This document shows positions 8,369-19,557 of a stretch of DNA of 64,000 nt, one piece after another (the stretch's first letter is position 1; every line of letters starts with the position of its first letter). Position numbers and translations under genes: made by a program. The stretch is from an uncultured cyanobacterium (GTDB lineage Bacteria > Cyanobacteriota > Cyanobacteriia > Cyanobacteriales > CAWUOF01), in assembly GCA_963744145.1 (NCBI GenBank), contig CAVUSO010000001.1, positions 2,240,001-2,304,000 on the forward strand. The letters are read 5' to 3'. Below the pieces are notes generated by a model. The model saw only the letters and a list, made by a program, of their open reading frames with translations. It did not search any database and had not been told where the DNA came from.

Positions 8369-10396
8369 TTGTTTATGCCCAATTCTGTAGATATTGATCA
8401 GTTTCTTCGGTGCCAAGTAAATCCTTTTGACTCGACCACTTTTAGACCTGGAAATTTTTGGGAAGAACAGCAGGAAGCTGCTCTCACGGTTGATTCTATT
8501 CATCAAGAGGTAGTCAGCGATATAGAACAATGTTTAGATGGGGTGATTAAAGATCAACGGACAAGGACAATTTTACTAGCTGGAGATTCGGGTTCGGGCA
8601 AAAGTTATCTGTTGGGGAGATTAAAAGGTAATTTTAACCCAAAGGCATTTTTTGCTTATATTGGTCCTTGGCCCGAAAGCGATTTTATTTGGCGTCATAC
8701 TCTGCGGAATACGGTTGATAGTTTAACTTATATTCCAGATGGCAAAAAAGAGTCTCAGTTGTTGTTGTGGCTGAAAAGTTTATTGGAATTTAGCGATCGC
8801 AACATGATGACTATGTTACTGAACGAGCGACAGCTATTTATTCACAATTTAAAAAACGCTTATCCGACGGGAATTTATAATCCGAATGAATTTTTTGGCG
8901 TGCTATATGATCTGACTAATCCTCATTTAAGTCATTTAGCTTGTGAGTGGTTAAAAGGTGATGATTTAGATGAAGAAAGTTTGAAAGCTTTGCATGTAAA
9001 ACGGGCGATCGAAAATGAAGAAACTGCTCAAAAAGTCTTAGCTAATTTTGGCAGAATTTCTGCATCGACTCAACCAATAGTCCTCTGTTTTGACAATTTA
9101 GATAATATCGATCGAGCGTTAGATGGATTTATTAACCTCCAAGCTTTGTTTACACTTAATTCAATTATTCACAATCAGAAATTAAAAAATTTCTTGATTG
9201 TTATTAGTATAGTTACTAATACCTGGAAATTTAATTCTAAACGCATCCAATCTGCTGATGTAGCTCGGATCGATTTACCGATTCAGTTAGAACAAATCAA
9301 TTTAGATCAAGCCGAATTAATTTGGGCAAGTCGTCTTTATCCCTTATATAAAAGGGCAAATTATCAACCAGATACACCAATTTATCCTTTGACTCGGAAA
9401 AATTTAGAAGATAATTTTGAAGGTGGAAAGACTCGTCCTCGTTATGTATTAATGTTGGGACGTCAGTTATTCCAAGAATTCAAAAATGGGACGATGATTA
9501 GGTTAGGAGAAAATGCCCAAGAACAACGTCATGATAATTTAGCTGCATTTCAATTATTATGGATTAAGGAATTTGATAAAACTCAGCAAAAATTAACTCG
9601 AATTCGTCAATTAGCTGGACCGGAATTAATCCAAATCTTGCGAGAAGCATTAGTTGCTTTACAAATTCAAGGAATTCAACCGAAACTATTACCAAGTCCA
9701 ACCTATGCTAGTTATTCTTTCAGTTATCATTTACCAAATCAACTCGGTCGAATTGGAATTTTATGGACAGAAGATCAGAATTTGACTAATTTTTATCATG
9801 TCATGAATGCTTGTCAAAAAGCTCTGAAGCAAAAATTATGTCAACATCTCCAACTAATTCGCGCTGATAACTTGGGAAATCCTAAGAATCAAGGATATAA
9901 GCTTTATGAAAAAATATTTAAGCGATCGCGTCATCATCATGTCATCCCAGATTTAGGATCAGTTCATTATTTAGCGACTTATCATAGTTTAGTGAATGCG
10001 GCTTGTGCTGGAGAGTTAGTAGTGGGCGATCGGACTCCTAGTTTAAATGATTTACAAGTGTTAATTCGTCAATCTAAGATTTTGCACAACTGTGTTTTAT
10101 TGCAAAATTTAGGTATTTTGAGCGGGCATAATTTAGAACAAAAACCTGAAGTTATCCCTAGGGTTGAAGTTAACAAACCGCTCAAAGAGGTAAAAGAGTT
10201 TTTATTAGCTTTAGTCAAAACTCAACAATTAATGGGATATCAAGTTTTGCTGGAAAATGTTTTGGGTCAGTTTCCCATCATGGAACAATCTGAAGTTGAG
10301 AGCTTAATTGCTCAAATTTGTGAAGAAAAACAAATGTGTATTATTGGTACTGATGCAAATCTAGAGTCTCAATTGGTTTGTTGGTTAAATAAGTAG
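8369..10396 (+). CDS. P-loop ATPase, paralog 2 (likely start ATG 8375)
   Basis: Walker A GDSGSGKS, LCFDNLD, CEWLKGDDL; colinear with paralog 1 over its whole length. Confidence 0.8.
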   Translation: MFMPNSVDIDQFLRCQVNPFDSTTFRPGNFWEEQQEAALTVDSIHQEVVSDIEQCLDGVIKDQRTRTILLAGDSGSGKSYLLGRLKGNFNPKAFFAYIGPWPESDFIWRHTLRNTVDSLTYIPDGKKESQLLLWLKSLLEFSDRNMMTMLLNERQLFIHNLKNAYPTGIYNPNEFFGVLYDLTNPHLSHLACEWLKGDDLDEESLKALHVKRAIENEETAQKVLANFGRISASTQPIVLCFDNLDNIDRALDGFINLQALFTLNSIIHNQKLKNFLIVISIVTNTWKFNSKRIQSADVARIDLPIQLEQINLDQAELIWASRLYPLYKRANYQPDTPIYPLTRKNLEDNFEGGKTRPRYVLMLGRQLFQEFKNGTMIRLGENAQEQRHDNLAAFQLLWIKEFDKTQQKLTRIRQLAGPELIQILREALVALQIQGIQPKLLPSPTYASYSFSYHLPNQLGRIGILWTEDQNLTNFYHVMNACQKALKQKLCQHLQLIRADNLGNPKNQGYKLYEKIFKRSRHHHVIPDLGSVHYLATYHSLVNAACAGELVVGDRTPSLNDLQVLIRQSKILHNCVLLQNLGILSGHNLEQKPEVIPRVEVNKPLKEVKEFLLALVKTQQLMGYQVLLENVLGQFPIMEQSEVESLIAQICEEKQMCIIGTDANLESQLVCWLNK

Positions 10397-10489
10397 AACT
10401 TATTGCTCCGAAGCAATGAAAATTAAATAATACCAGATTCACCAAGCACTACTAAACATCCAGATCCCCCTAAATCCCCAGAGGTCTAC

Positions 10490-10801
10490 TTGACACTCCC
10501 CGGTCTAAAGACGCAGAGATTCTTAAGACCAGCCTCAAGAGACGAGCTGAAAGGGATGGTCAAACTCCCCCTAGACGCTCAAAACAACTACCAGTACAAG
10601 AGGTATTGCAATTGCGGTTACTTTTCATCACTTTCAGAATCCATCACAACAGCCAGATCCGGTACGCTCGGCAACCTGCCTTTACTTGCCATCCCTCGTC
10701 ATACGCCATTAGGTTTTCCTAATCCGTTGTTACTCGGTGGCTGGGATTTCTCCGATACTAGGATGCTTTCAACAGGTAGATGGTTTATTATTCTTACTTG
10801 T
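10490..10801 (-). ncRNA. Putative TnpB-type omegaRNA/reRNA scaffold carried by the element
   Basis: ORF-less core ending in a typical TnpB right end (GGGGGAGTTTGACCATCCC...GAAT-hairpin-GTCAA); extended -10 TG-T-TAGCAT at 10808-10816 (minus). RNA status is inferred. Confidence 0.45.
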
Positions 10802-10975
10802 TCTTGTATGCTAACATACTTTTGATTAGTTAGCCAGGTTTTAAAAAGTTTAAGTAAGGGCGCAAGAGCTCTTGCGCCCCTTCACGGCAGCGATATTTTC
10901 TGTGTACGGGCGTATTGTGCGCCCCTTCTGTTTTCATCCCCGGCTTAAAAGCCGGGGTTTTCAACTCTGCTCCTT
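10490..10975 (-). mobile_element. Non-autonomous IS200/IS605-family element (IS608-like ends), no transposase or TnpB ORF
   Basis: Minus strand left end TTAT|aagg..AAAA-CCCCGGCTTTTAAGCCGGGG; right end GAAT-CTCTGCGTCTTTAGACCGGGGAG-TG-TCAA; both guide/cleavage tetramer pairs obey the IS608 pairing rule. Confidence 0.8.
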
Positions 10976-10995
10976 ATAATTTGTAACTATTTCCC

Positions 10996-11358
10996 ATGAA
11001 CCCGACAGATCCGGAAACCAAATCTCAGGATAAAACGCTAGAAGCGATGAGACATTTCGCTGAAACTTATGCCCAACGCACTAACACCTTTTTTTGTGCC
11101 GAACCTTCGGTAACAGCTGTAGTGATCGAAGGATTAGCAAAAAATAAAGAAGAACTAGGTTCACCTCTGTGTCCATGTCGTCACTACGACAATAAACAAG
11201 CTGAAGTGAAAGCTACCTTTTGGAATTGTCCTTGTGTTCCCATGCGAGAACGACAAGAGTGCCATTGTATGTTGTTTCTGACTCCAGATAATGAGTTTGC
11301 TGGAGATCAACAAAAAATTTCTCTCGAAGTCATTAAATCTGTGAGAGACAACATCTAA
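10996..11358 (+). CDS. ftrC: Ferredoxin-thioredoxin reductase catalytic subunit
   Basis: CPCRHY, WNCPC, CHCMLF motifs. Confidence 0.95.
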   Translation: MNPTDPETKSQDKTLEAMRHFAETYAQRTNTFFCAEPSVTAVVIEGLAKNKEELGSPLCPCRHYDNKQAEVKATFWNCPCVPMRERQECHCMLFLTPDNEFAGDQQKISLEVIKSVRDNI

Positions 11359-11772
11359 ATGAATGAGGACCAAATACCTCAAGAGTTCTGGACAGGTGTA
11401 GAGCAGTTTAATCAAAAACAGTTTTATGCTTGTCACGATACTCTAGAAGCTTTGTGGCTGGATGCTGGTCAACCCCAAAAAACTTTTTATCAAGGGATTT
11501 TACAGATTGCTGTAGCCCTCTATCACTTAGATAATCATAACTGGCTGGGTTCAGCTATTTTACTGGGGGAAGGAATCAGTCGGCTTCATCCTTACCAGCC
11601 AAATTACGCAGGGATTAATGTCACTTTACTGTTGCAGCAAAGTAGTCAGTTATTGACTGTGATCCAACAGCTAGGACCAGACAAAGTGGCTGAGGTGGTA
11701 GCACAATTAGGTCAAAGTCCAGAATTAGCCCAGGATAATTGTCGATTACCCGAAATTAAAAAAGCTAATTAG
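11359..11772 (+). CDS. DUF309 family protein
   Basis: GVEQFN..FYACHDTLEALW..FYQGILQIAVALYH. Confidence 0.9.
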   Translation: MNEDQIPQEFWTGVEQFNQKQFYACHDTLEALWLDAGQPQKTFYQGILQIAVALYHLDNHNWLGSAILLGEGISRLHPYQPNYAGINVTLLLQQSSQLLTVIQQLGPDKVAEVVAQLGQSPELAQDNCRLPEIKKAN

Positions 11773-11861
11773 TGATCTAGAGAGGAGCAATATTCCTGAG
11801 CATTGATTTTCCTGGTAGTAACTAGCCATTGAGTTGAACCAGATGTAAACTAAGGAAAGAA

Positions 11862-12404
11862 GTGTTTTCAGTTCTTCCCTTGATGAAGTCTGGAACCACA
11901 AGGAAGTTTTGGCGTTCTGATCTAGCACATAAAACTATGCCTGCTGTTCGATTCCTGCACTCATTTATGCTTCGTCTTCGGGTAGCTGCGATGCTAACAC
12001 CAGTAGCGATCGCGATCGCTACTCCTGCAACGCCCCAATCGGCTCCGAACAGTGATGCTGGTCGAGTCATGACTGTCCGTTCTGATATCCAAGAAGCTGA
12101 TTCTAAAACTGGAATTATCACGGCTCGGGGTAATGTGCAAATCAATTATCCAGCCCGAGAAATTCAAGCTACATCAGCCCAAGCTCAATATTTCAGTCGG
12201 GAACGTCGCATTGTCCTCAGTGGAGATGTGTATGTTTTACAACAAGGAAATAGTATCCGAGGAGAAACAGTCACTTATTTAATTGATCAAGGGATTTTTG
12301 TGGCTACACCCAAGGTGAATCGACAAGTCGAATCTGTTTATATTGTGCCGGAACAAACTACCCCAGTCGCATCACCCGCACCTTTAGCCAGTCCGTCGCT
12401 CTAA
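11862..12404 (+). CDS. lptA: LptA/OstA family LPS transport protein (true start probably a later Met)
   Basis: SDIQEADSKTGIITARGNVQI, VLSGDVYVLQQGNSIRGE; adjacent to lptB. Confidence 0.85.
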   Translation: MFSVLPLMKSGTTRKFWRSDLAHKTMPAVRFLHSFMLRLRVAAMLTPVAIAIATPATPQSAPNSDAGRVMTVRSDIQEADSKTGIITARGNVQINYPAREIQATSAQAQYFSRERRIVLSGDVYVLQQGNSIRGETVTYLIDQGIFVATPKVNRQVESVYIVPEQTTPVASPAPLASPSL

Positions 12405-12409
12405 TTGCT

Positions 12410-13138
12410 ATGAGAATAGTGCTAGAAAATATCCATAAATCCTATGGTAAGCGCGTGGTGGTAAATCGGGTGAATATTTCCGTCAGACAAGGAGAAATTG
12501 TCGGACTGTTAGGACCTAATGGGGCTGGTAAAACCACAACTTTTTATATTGCTACAGGTTTAGAAAAGCCCAATCAAGGCAAAGTTTGGCTTGATGATCT
12601 TGACATTACCACCGTACCCATGCACCAAAGAGCGCTATTGGGTATTGGTTATTTAGCCCAGGAGCCGAGTATTTTTCGGAATTTAAGTGTTCAGGAAAAT
12701 ATTTTATTAGTCTTAGAGCAAACTCATGTACCCCGTCGGGAATGGACGGGACGTTTAGATCATCTGCTCCAAGAGTTTCGGTTGGAAAAAGTCGCCACTA
12801 CTCTAGGAATAAGAGTTTCTGGGGGTGAAAGAAGAAGGACTGAACTAGCGCGAGCTTTAGCCGCAGGACCAGAAGGACCAAGATTTTTATTGTTAGATGA
12901 ACCCTTTGCGGGGGTAGATCCGATCGCTGTGGCAGAAATTCAACAGATTGTTGCGAAATTACGCGATCGCCAGATGGGGATTTTAATTACTGATCATAAC
13001 GTGCGGGAAACCTTAGCAATTACCGATCGAGCATATATTATGCGCGATGGTCAAATTTTAGCCGCAGGTAGTGGGGAAGAACTTTATGAAAATCCCTTAG
13101 TTCGACAATATTATTTAGGTGATAATTTTAAAATCTAA
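12410..13138 (+). CDS. lptB: LPS export ABC transporter ATP-binding protein
   Basis: GPNGAGKTT, SGGERRRTELARAL, LLDEPFAGVDPIAV, GILITDHNVRETL. Confidence 0.95.
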   Translation: MRIVLENIHKSYGKRVVVNRVNISVRQGEIVGLLGPNGAGKTTTFYIATGLEKPNQGKVWLDDLDITTVPMHQRALLGIGYLAQEPSIFRNLSVQENILLVLEQTHVPRREWTGRLDHLLQEFRLEKVATTLGIRVSGGERRRTELARALAAGPEGPRFLLLDEPFAGVDPIAVAEIQQIVAKLRDRQMGILITDHNVRETLAITDRAYIMRDGQILAAGSGEELYENPLVRQYYLGDNFKI

Positions 13139-13214
13139 AATGACAGGGTGGATCATGATCCACCCTAAATCATGAGAACTGAGAGCTAATGGGAGCATCA
13201 CCACTGGAAATCAG

Positions 13215-13338
13215 GGCGTTATTTAATTAGGGGATGAACATAGATAACTCCTGCGTTGTAGGGGCGTATAGCAATACGCCCCTACTAATTTTCCTGCGCT
13301 GGCAGATTCAGTCTTTCATCCCGTAAATCAGCAACGCC
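13215..13338. mobile_element. MITE with GGCGTT..AACGCC terminal inverted repeats, 8-bp target duplication and internal GTAG REP
   Basis: GAAATCAG direct repeat at 13207-13214 and 13339-13346; gtaggggcgtatagcaatacgcccctac at 13258-13285. Confidence 0.85.
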
Positions 13339-13351
13339 GAAATCAGAACCA

Positions 13352-14581
<1,230 letters not shown>

Positions 14582-15062
14582 TTAACTTATAGGGACAATC
14601 TACCCATTACACCATATAACAAAGGTAGTAATTGTTTCAGATTTTTCTCAAAGTAGCTTTAATTCTGGCTGATGCCCAATTACCTCAAGGGGAAAGTTTT
14701 TGCTGAGGATAAGAGGGTAAATTTCTGGCATGATGTCAACAGGGTGTCAGTTTTACATTTTTTTAACAAAAAATGTCCAACAAACCTTAGCATAAATACT
14801 GAGCTAAATAATTCCACTTTCGCACTTACCTAGGAGGGACACTCCCACTGTAGGGTAAGCTTACATGAATAGTGTAAGACTAAATACTTAATCGAAAGTT
14901 TGAGCCTGCCCTAACTGGCAGCAGCCAGACTGCTAGATAGCTTGGTTATTGCTTCGTACTTTGGTACGAAATAGTCTAACTGCTATGGGGAAAATATATG
15001 GCTCATGGAATTAGCTCGTGACCAACCTGGGTGAAGACAATTTTATTCGTTAGAGGGAAGCT

Positions 15063-16067
15063 ATGACCAGTAAGCCGGATCGCGTGGTTATAATTGGCGT
15101 TGCCGGAGACTCCGGATGCGGTAAATCAACGTTTTTGCGTCGCTTAACAGATTTGTTTGGCGAAGATTTGGTGACAGTAATCTGCTTAGACGACTACCAC
15201 TGTCTAGATCGTAAGCAACGCAAAGAAACTGGGATTACTGCGCTTGACCCCAGAGCCAACAACTTTGACCTGATGTCCGAACAAATAAAGGCCCTTAAGC
15301 ATGGTCAGGCGATCAACAAGCCGATCTACAATCACGAAACCGGTATGATTGATCCACCAGAACGGATTGAGCCCAATCATATTATTGTGGTAGAGGGGCT
15401 GCATCCGTTGTATGACGAACGGGTGCGATCGCTGCTGGACTTCAGTGTTTATCTTGATATCAGCGATGATGTCAAGATTGCTTGGAAAATTCAGCGGGAT
15501 ATGGCAGAAAGAGGTCACCGTTATGAAGATGTACTCGCTGCGATTAACGCCCGTCGCCCGGATTTTACCGCTTACATCGAGCCACAGAAAGAGTTTGCTG
15601 ATGTAGTAATTCAAGTGTTACCCACCCAATTAATCAAAGACGACCAAGATCGCAAAGTGTTGCGGGTTCGTCTGCTCCAAAGGTTTGGGGTGGAAGGTTT
15701 TGAACCTGCTTATCTGTTTGATGAAGGGTCAACTATTCACTGGACTCCTTGTGGACGCAAACTCACCTGCTCTTGGCCCGGAATTAAGATGTTTTACGGA
15801 CCTGATAGCTACTATGGTCATGAAGTTTCAGTCCTGGAAGTAGATGGTCAGTTCGACAATCTGGAAGAAGTGATTTACATCGAAAGCCATTTGAGCAAAA
15901 CTGCGACTAAGTACGAGGGTGAGTTAACTCATTTGTTACTACAACATAAAGAATATCCAGGTTCTAATAATGGTACTGGTTTATTCCAAGTGATTACTGG
16001 TCTGAAAATGCGTGCTACTTATGAACGGTTAACCGCGAAAGAAGCCAAAATCGCTGCTAGTGTATAG
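15063..16067 (+). CDS. prk: Phosphoribulokinase
   Basis: GVAGDSGCGKSTF, CLDDYH, KIQRDMAERGH, YPGSNNGTG. Confidence 0.97.
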   Translation: MTSKPDRVVIIGVAGDSGCGKSTFLRRLTDLFGEDLVTVICLDDYHCLDRKQRKETGITALDPRANNFDLMSEQIKALKHGQAINKPIYNHETGMIDPPERIEPNHIIVVEGLHPLYDERVRSLLDFSVYLDISDDVKIAWKIQRDMAERGHRYEDVLAAINARRPDFTAYIEPQKEFADVVIQVLPTQLIKDDQDRKVLRVRLLQRFGVEGFEPAYLFDEGSTIHWTPCGRKLTCSWPGIKMFYGPDSYYGHEVSVLEVDGQFDNLEEVIYIESHLSKTATKYEGELTHLLLQHKEYPGSNNGTGLFQVITGLKMRATYERLTAKEAKIAASV

Positions 16068-16094
16068 AACGATTGAGGTTTAAAGTTACTCCTC

Positions 16095-16130
16095 AACGCG
16101 AGATGCTATCCTTGGCGCTCGCGTTTTTTT
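16095..16130 (+). terminator. Intrinsic terminator after prk
   Basis: aacgcgag..ctcgcgtt stem followed by a T-run. Confidence 0.7.
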
Positions 16131-16326
16131 ATGTGTTAAAAACGACTAGCTATACCCAAAAATAACTTGGGGAGTAACTACTTGCCAAGAGCCATAAAAA
16201 TGTGCTATAATGCCTAGTGGAAAAAAGTAGTTAGATTAGCTATTTAGAGCGTAAGTAATTAGCTCAACTCACAATAAAATTGGAAATTAAAATATAGAGC
16301 CGTCAGGGAGCGGTTAAGGAAAAACT

Positions 16327-18078
16327 TTGAATAACCCGATCGCCAATTCTAACCTCTACCGTCCCATTGCTGAGTGGACTGGACGTTTAATTTTACCATT
16401 GCTGTCAGAAAGACGTAGTGATGGTGGTGTCTATATCGAAGTTCAAAATGCCCCCGACACCTATAATCAACTCAAAGGTAAGAAAATCTGGGTGAATTGG
16501 GACCAAAATTCCATCCATAGAGCTTGGCTCCAACGGGCGACAATTGACATTAAATTTGACGATATTACTCGTCAAAGTATGAAAAATCTTTTTGTGCATC
16601 CAGTTCGATTAGATGGATGGAAACAAGTTAGTCCGTTAGAATCAATTGCAGGATTAAGACCTCAAGATGATGTTCAAGTCCAACTAGATGTTCTCAATGT
16701 AGAGCAAAATGGGGACGCTTGGGTACTCAGGATTGGGGATGAACCGATCCAAATTAGCGGAGTAAAAAAAGCTTTTATTACCTTTGTCGCACCTGCGGGA
16801 GAAAAAAGCTATAGTGTCAAACACTACAACCCAACGAGTGGGATTTTCGATGGTGCTGTAGAAGTAATGGCTTTTCCTGATGTAGGTACAGTTACTCCTG
16901 GAAATAAAGTTGAACAAAGTTCGATTCTAAACATCGAAAAGTCACCTTTAAATGCGGCTGGATGGTATGTCTATGGTGATCAGGATGGAGATGGCACATT
17001 TAAAGTCCAAGCCCTAGAACCAGCAGCAGCACTATTACTTGCTCCGACTAGGATAAAATCAGGAAGAGCAGAAGCTTTGGATTATGTGACGGATAGTCAA
17101 TGGAATCAGATTCCCTTACACCGAATTGAAAGAACCCTAGTAGATAACAACGGTCCAATAATTTCCGATAGCCAAAAAACCCCTGAGTTAATGCAGAAGC
17201 GCACTAGCGAACTTTGGTATCTGGATGATATTGCATTAATAGTTCATACTTTTGGTTGGAGAGGAGGTCCAAGAGGAGATAGCGCTCTCTTAGGGATAGT
17301 TACCACCGGACACTTTGCTTATGGTTTTGCTAAAGTAATTAGCGATGAATTTACTTCCCAACTGCGTTTTGATCTAGTTTATCGCCAAATTTATGGTCAT
17401 GGTCGCGAAGGGATTATCGCTGGAGCGCAAAAATGGCATGCTTATATGGGCAGTTTGAAACGTGGTTGGATGTACACCTTACCTGTTTCTGATGTAGCCA
17501 TCCGCATCCCGGAACTGACTGTTCCTTATCAATTAGGAGATAAAACCTTCGATCCCTTATTAACCATTCTCCAAGAATTGGCCCTGATGGAGGCTCGCTA
17601 TCGGACTGGACCGGGAAATGGTGCTTCTCTAGTTAGTCCATCAACATCATGTGTGAAAGATTCCAGTCAAGCTTTATTTGCAGCAGTGAAACGTCTCAAA
17701 AATGACGCGATCGCCGATCCAACTGTAAAAAGTTGGCTGGATCAGAATCAGGACAACTATGACAAACAGCGTTTTAATCGCATGGAATCCCTGCTAGATG
17801 ACGTAGAAAATAGTATGTTGATTCCGTTGGGATATGTACCAAAAGGTTGGCGTGGAGATAATGAATATGTGGCGGCTCATAGTCAAGGTGGTAATATTAG
17901 TGTTGGGGGAATAGTAGAGGCTCTCAAAGCTTGGAAAACTATGCTTCCTCGTCGTGCTGAAAAGGAACTTTTGAAAATTATGTGCCGACATGGAGGAACT
18001 ATGATCGATTTTCAATCAGCAGCGATCGGTGGAGACATTCCTGGGATTGTCCCTGCACCACCTACGGTAATTTTTTAA
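16327..18078 (+). CDS. Conserved cyanobacterial hypothetical protein, resembling the soluble part of long CAAX/CPBP-associated proteins
   Basis: 583-aa ORF; YRP..W.GRLILP, GHFAYG.A, M.ARYR.G.G.G...V...TSCV.DS motifs recalled from that family. Confidence 0.55.
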   Translation: MNNPIANSNLYRPIAEWTGRLILPLLSERRSDGGVYIEVQNAPDTYNQLKGKKIWVNWDQNSIHRAWLQRATIDIKFDDITRQSMKNLFVHPVRLDGWKQVSPLESIAGLRPQDDVQVQLDVLNVEQNGDAWVLRIGDEPIQISGVKKAFITFVAPAGEKSYSVKHYNPTSGIFDGAVEVMAFPDVGTVTPGNKVEQSSILNIEKSPLNAAGWYVYGDQDGDGTFKVQALEPAAALLLAPTRIKSGRAEALDYVTDSQWNQIPLHRIERTLVDNNGPIISDSQKTPELMQKRTSELWYLDDIALIVHTFGWRGGPRGDSALLGIVTTGHFAYGFAKVISDEFTSQLRFDLVYRQIYGHGREGIIAGAQKWHAYMGSLKRGWMYTLPVSDVAIRIPELTVPYQLGDKTFDPLLTILQELALMEARYRTGPGNGASLVSPSTSCVKDSSQALFAAVKRLKNDAIADPTVKSWLDQNQDNYDKQRFNRMESLLDDVENSMLIPLGYVPKGWRGDNEYVAAHSQGGNISVGGIVEALKAWKTMLPRRAEKELLKIMCRHGGTMIDFQSAAIGGDIPGIVPAPPTVIF

Positions 18079-18247
18079 TTGGTTATTCCTCTAGCCCTTC
18101 ACACTCCAACCTGATTTTACCCCCAGATTGACGAATAAATCGGTAAGAATGTATGGTAGGGGAAGTAATGCTTAGTTTTGTTTTCTCCAAAAATAATGGG
18201 GGAAACAAAACTTAGGCTATGGTTTTTTACCGATTCGATTTAAAATA

Positions 18248-19528
18248 ATGACACAAGCAGCAATAGAAGCTTTACTGAAACAAAAAATAGGCTTAGATGC
18301 TATGTCAATCGGTTCTAGTACAATTACTAGACTGGTACAAAGACGAATGGCAAATCTGGGGATAAAGGATATTAACATTTATTGGCGGCGATTGCAAGCA
18401 TCCAGCCAGGAATTAGAAGAGTTGATCGAAGAAGCAATTGTCCCGGAAACTTGGTTTTTTCGCGATCGAGAACCATTTGTATTTTTAAATCGCTTTGTGA
18501 TTAAAGAATGGTTACCGAAAAATTTCAACCGGATGCTGAGGGTGTTAAGTGTACCTTGTTCAACGGGGGAAGAGCCATATTCGATCGCGATCGCTTTTTT
18601 AGAAGCAGGATTAAACCTCAAAAATTTTATAATCGATGCGGTTGATCTGAGTAAGATATCCTTAGAAAAAGCGCGACAAGGAAACTATACTAAAAATTCT
18701 TTTCGGGGTGAATTACCAAACTTTACCTATAGCAAAGGGGAAAATTTACAACAACGCTATTTTCAGGAGTCAGACAATAAGTATCAAATTAGTGACTTAG
18801 TTCGTCCTAGTGTTAACTTTCTCCATGGCAATTTACTCGATTATCATTTTTGGAGTGATAAGAGAAATTATGACATTATATTTTGTCGGAATGTCTTAAT
18901 TTATTTTGATGATGCGGTGAGAAAACAGACGATCCAGTTATTAGAGCGTTTGCTCACAGATACAGGATTACTATTTTTGGGACACTCAGAAACATTACAG
19001 ATTATCAACTCGGGATTTATCTCAATTCCCCATCCCTTAGCTTTTGCTTACCAAAAAGTACCAAGCAAAGTAGAAATCCGAGTAAATGAAAAGTTAGCAG
19101 TAGGAATAAACCCAGAAGCAAAAATCAATAAATTATCACCTAAACCCATTGTTAATCTGACCAGTACACCGAAACTGCTTACTTCTACCCCATCGACCGA
19201 ACTGAAACTATTGACATCATCAATTCAAAATGCTAGTCAATTAGCAGATCAAGGAAAGTTAACAGAAGCAGCGATGATCTGCGAAAATTATCTGAAAGAA
19301 AACCGTACCAGTGTGGAAGCTTATGTATTATTAGGTCAAGTGAGATTAGCAGAGGGTAATCAAGACCAAGCTGAAGAATGTTTTCAAAAAGCAATTTATC
19401 TAGAACCTCACCATTATGAAGCGCTGATCCATTTAGCTTTAATTAAAGAAAAAAATGGTGATTTAGCGAAAGCAGTCTTGCTCCGACAAAGAATCCAAAG
19501 ATTAGAAAATTTGCGCGATAAACCCTAA
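18248..19528 (+). CDS. cheR: CheR methyltransferase with C-terminal TPR (WspC-like)
   Basis: VPETWFFRD, SVPCSTGEEPYSIA, YDIIFCRNVLIYFD; TPR tail. Confidence 0.92.
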   Translation: MTQAAIEALLKQKIGLDAMSIGSSTITRLVQRRMANLGIKDINIYWRRLQASSQELEELIEEAIVPETWFFRDREPFVFLNRFVIKEWLPKNFNRMLRVLSVPCSTGEEPYSIAIAFLEAGLNLKNFIIDAVDLSKISLEKARQGNYTKNSFRGELPNFTYSKGENLQQRYFQESDNKYQISDLVRPSVNFLHGNLLDYHFWSDKRNYDIIFCRNVLIYFDDAVRKQTIQLLERLLTDTGLLFLGHSETLQIINSGFISIPHPLAFAYQKVPSKVEIRVNEKLAVGINPEAKINKLSPKPIVNLTSTPKLLTSTPSTELKLLTSSIQNASQLADQGKLTEAAMICENYLKENRTSVEAYVLLGQVRLAEGNQDQAEECFQKAIYLEPHHYEALIHLALIKEKNGDLAKAVLLRQRIQRLENLRDKP

Positions 19529-19557
19529 TTAAAAATCAACTAAAAAATTGACTCATT

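Noticed and set aside
10490..10825. 111-aa ORF on the + strand
   Set aside because: Lies wholly within the IS605-derived element, antisense to the inferred RNA; no recognisable motifs
14752..14769. HLR1-like motif between petH and prk
   Set aside because: Second half-site is degenerate (TTTAACAA) in AT-rich DNA; too weak to call
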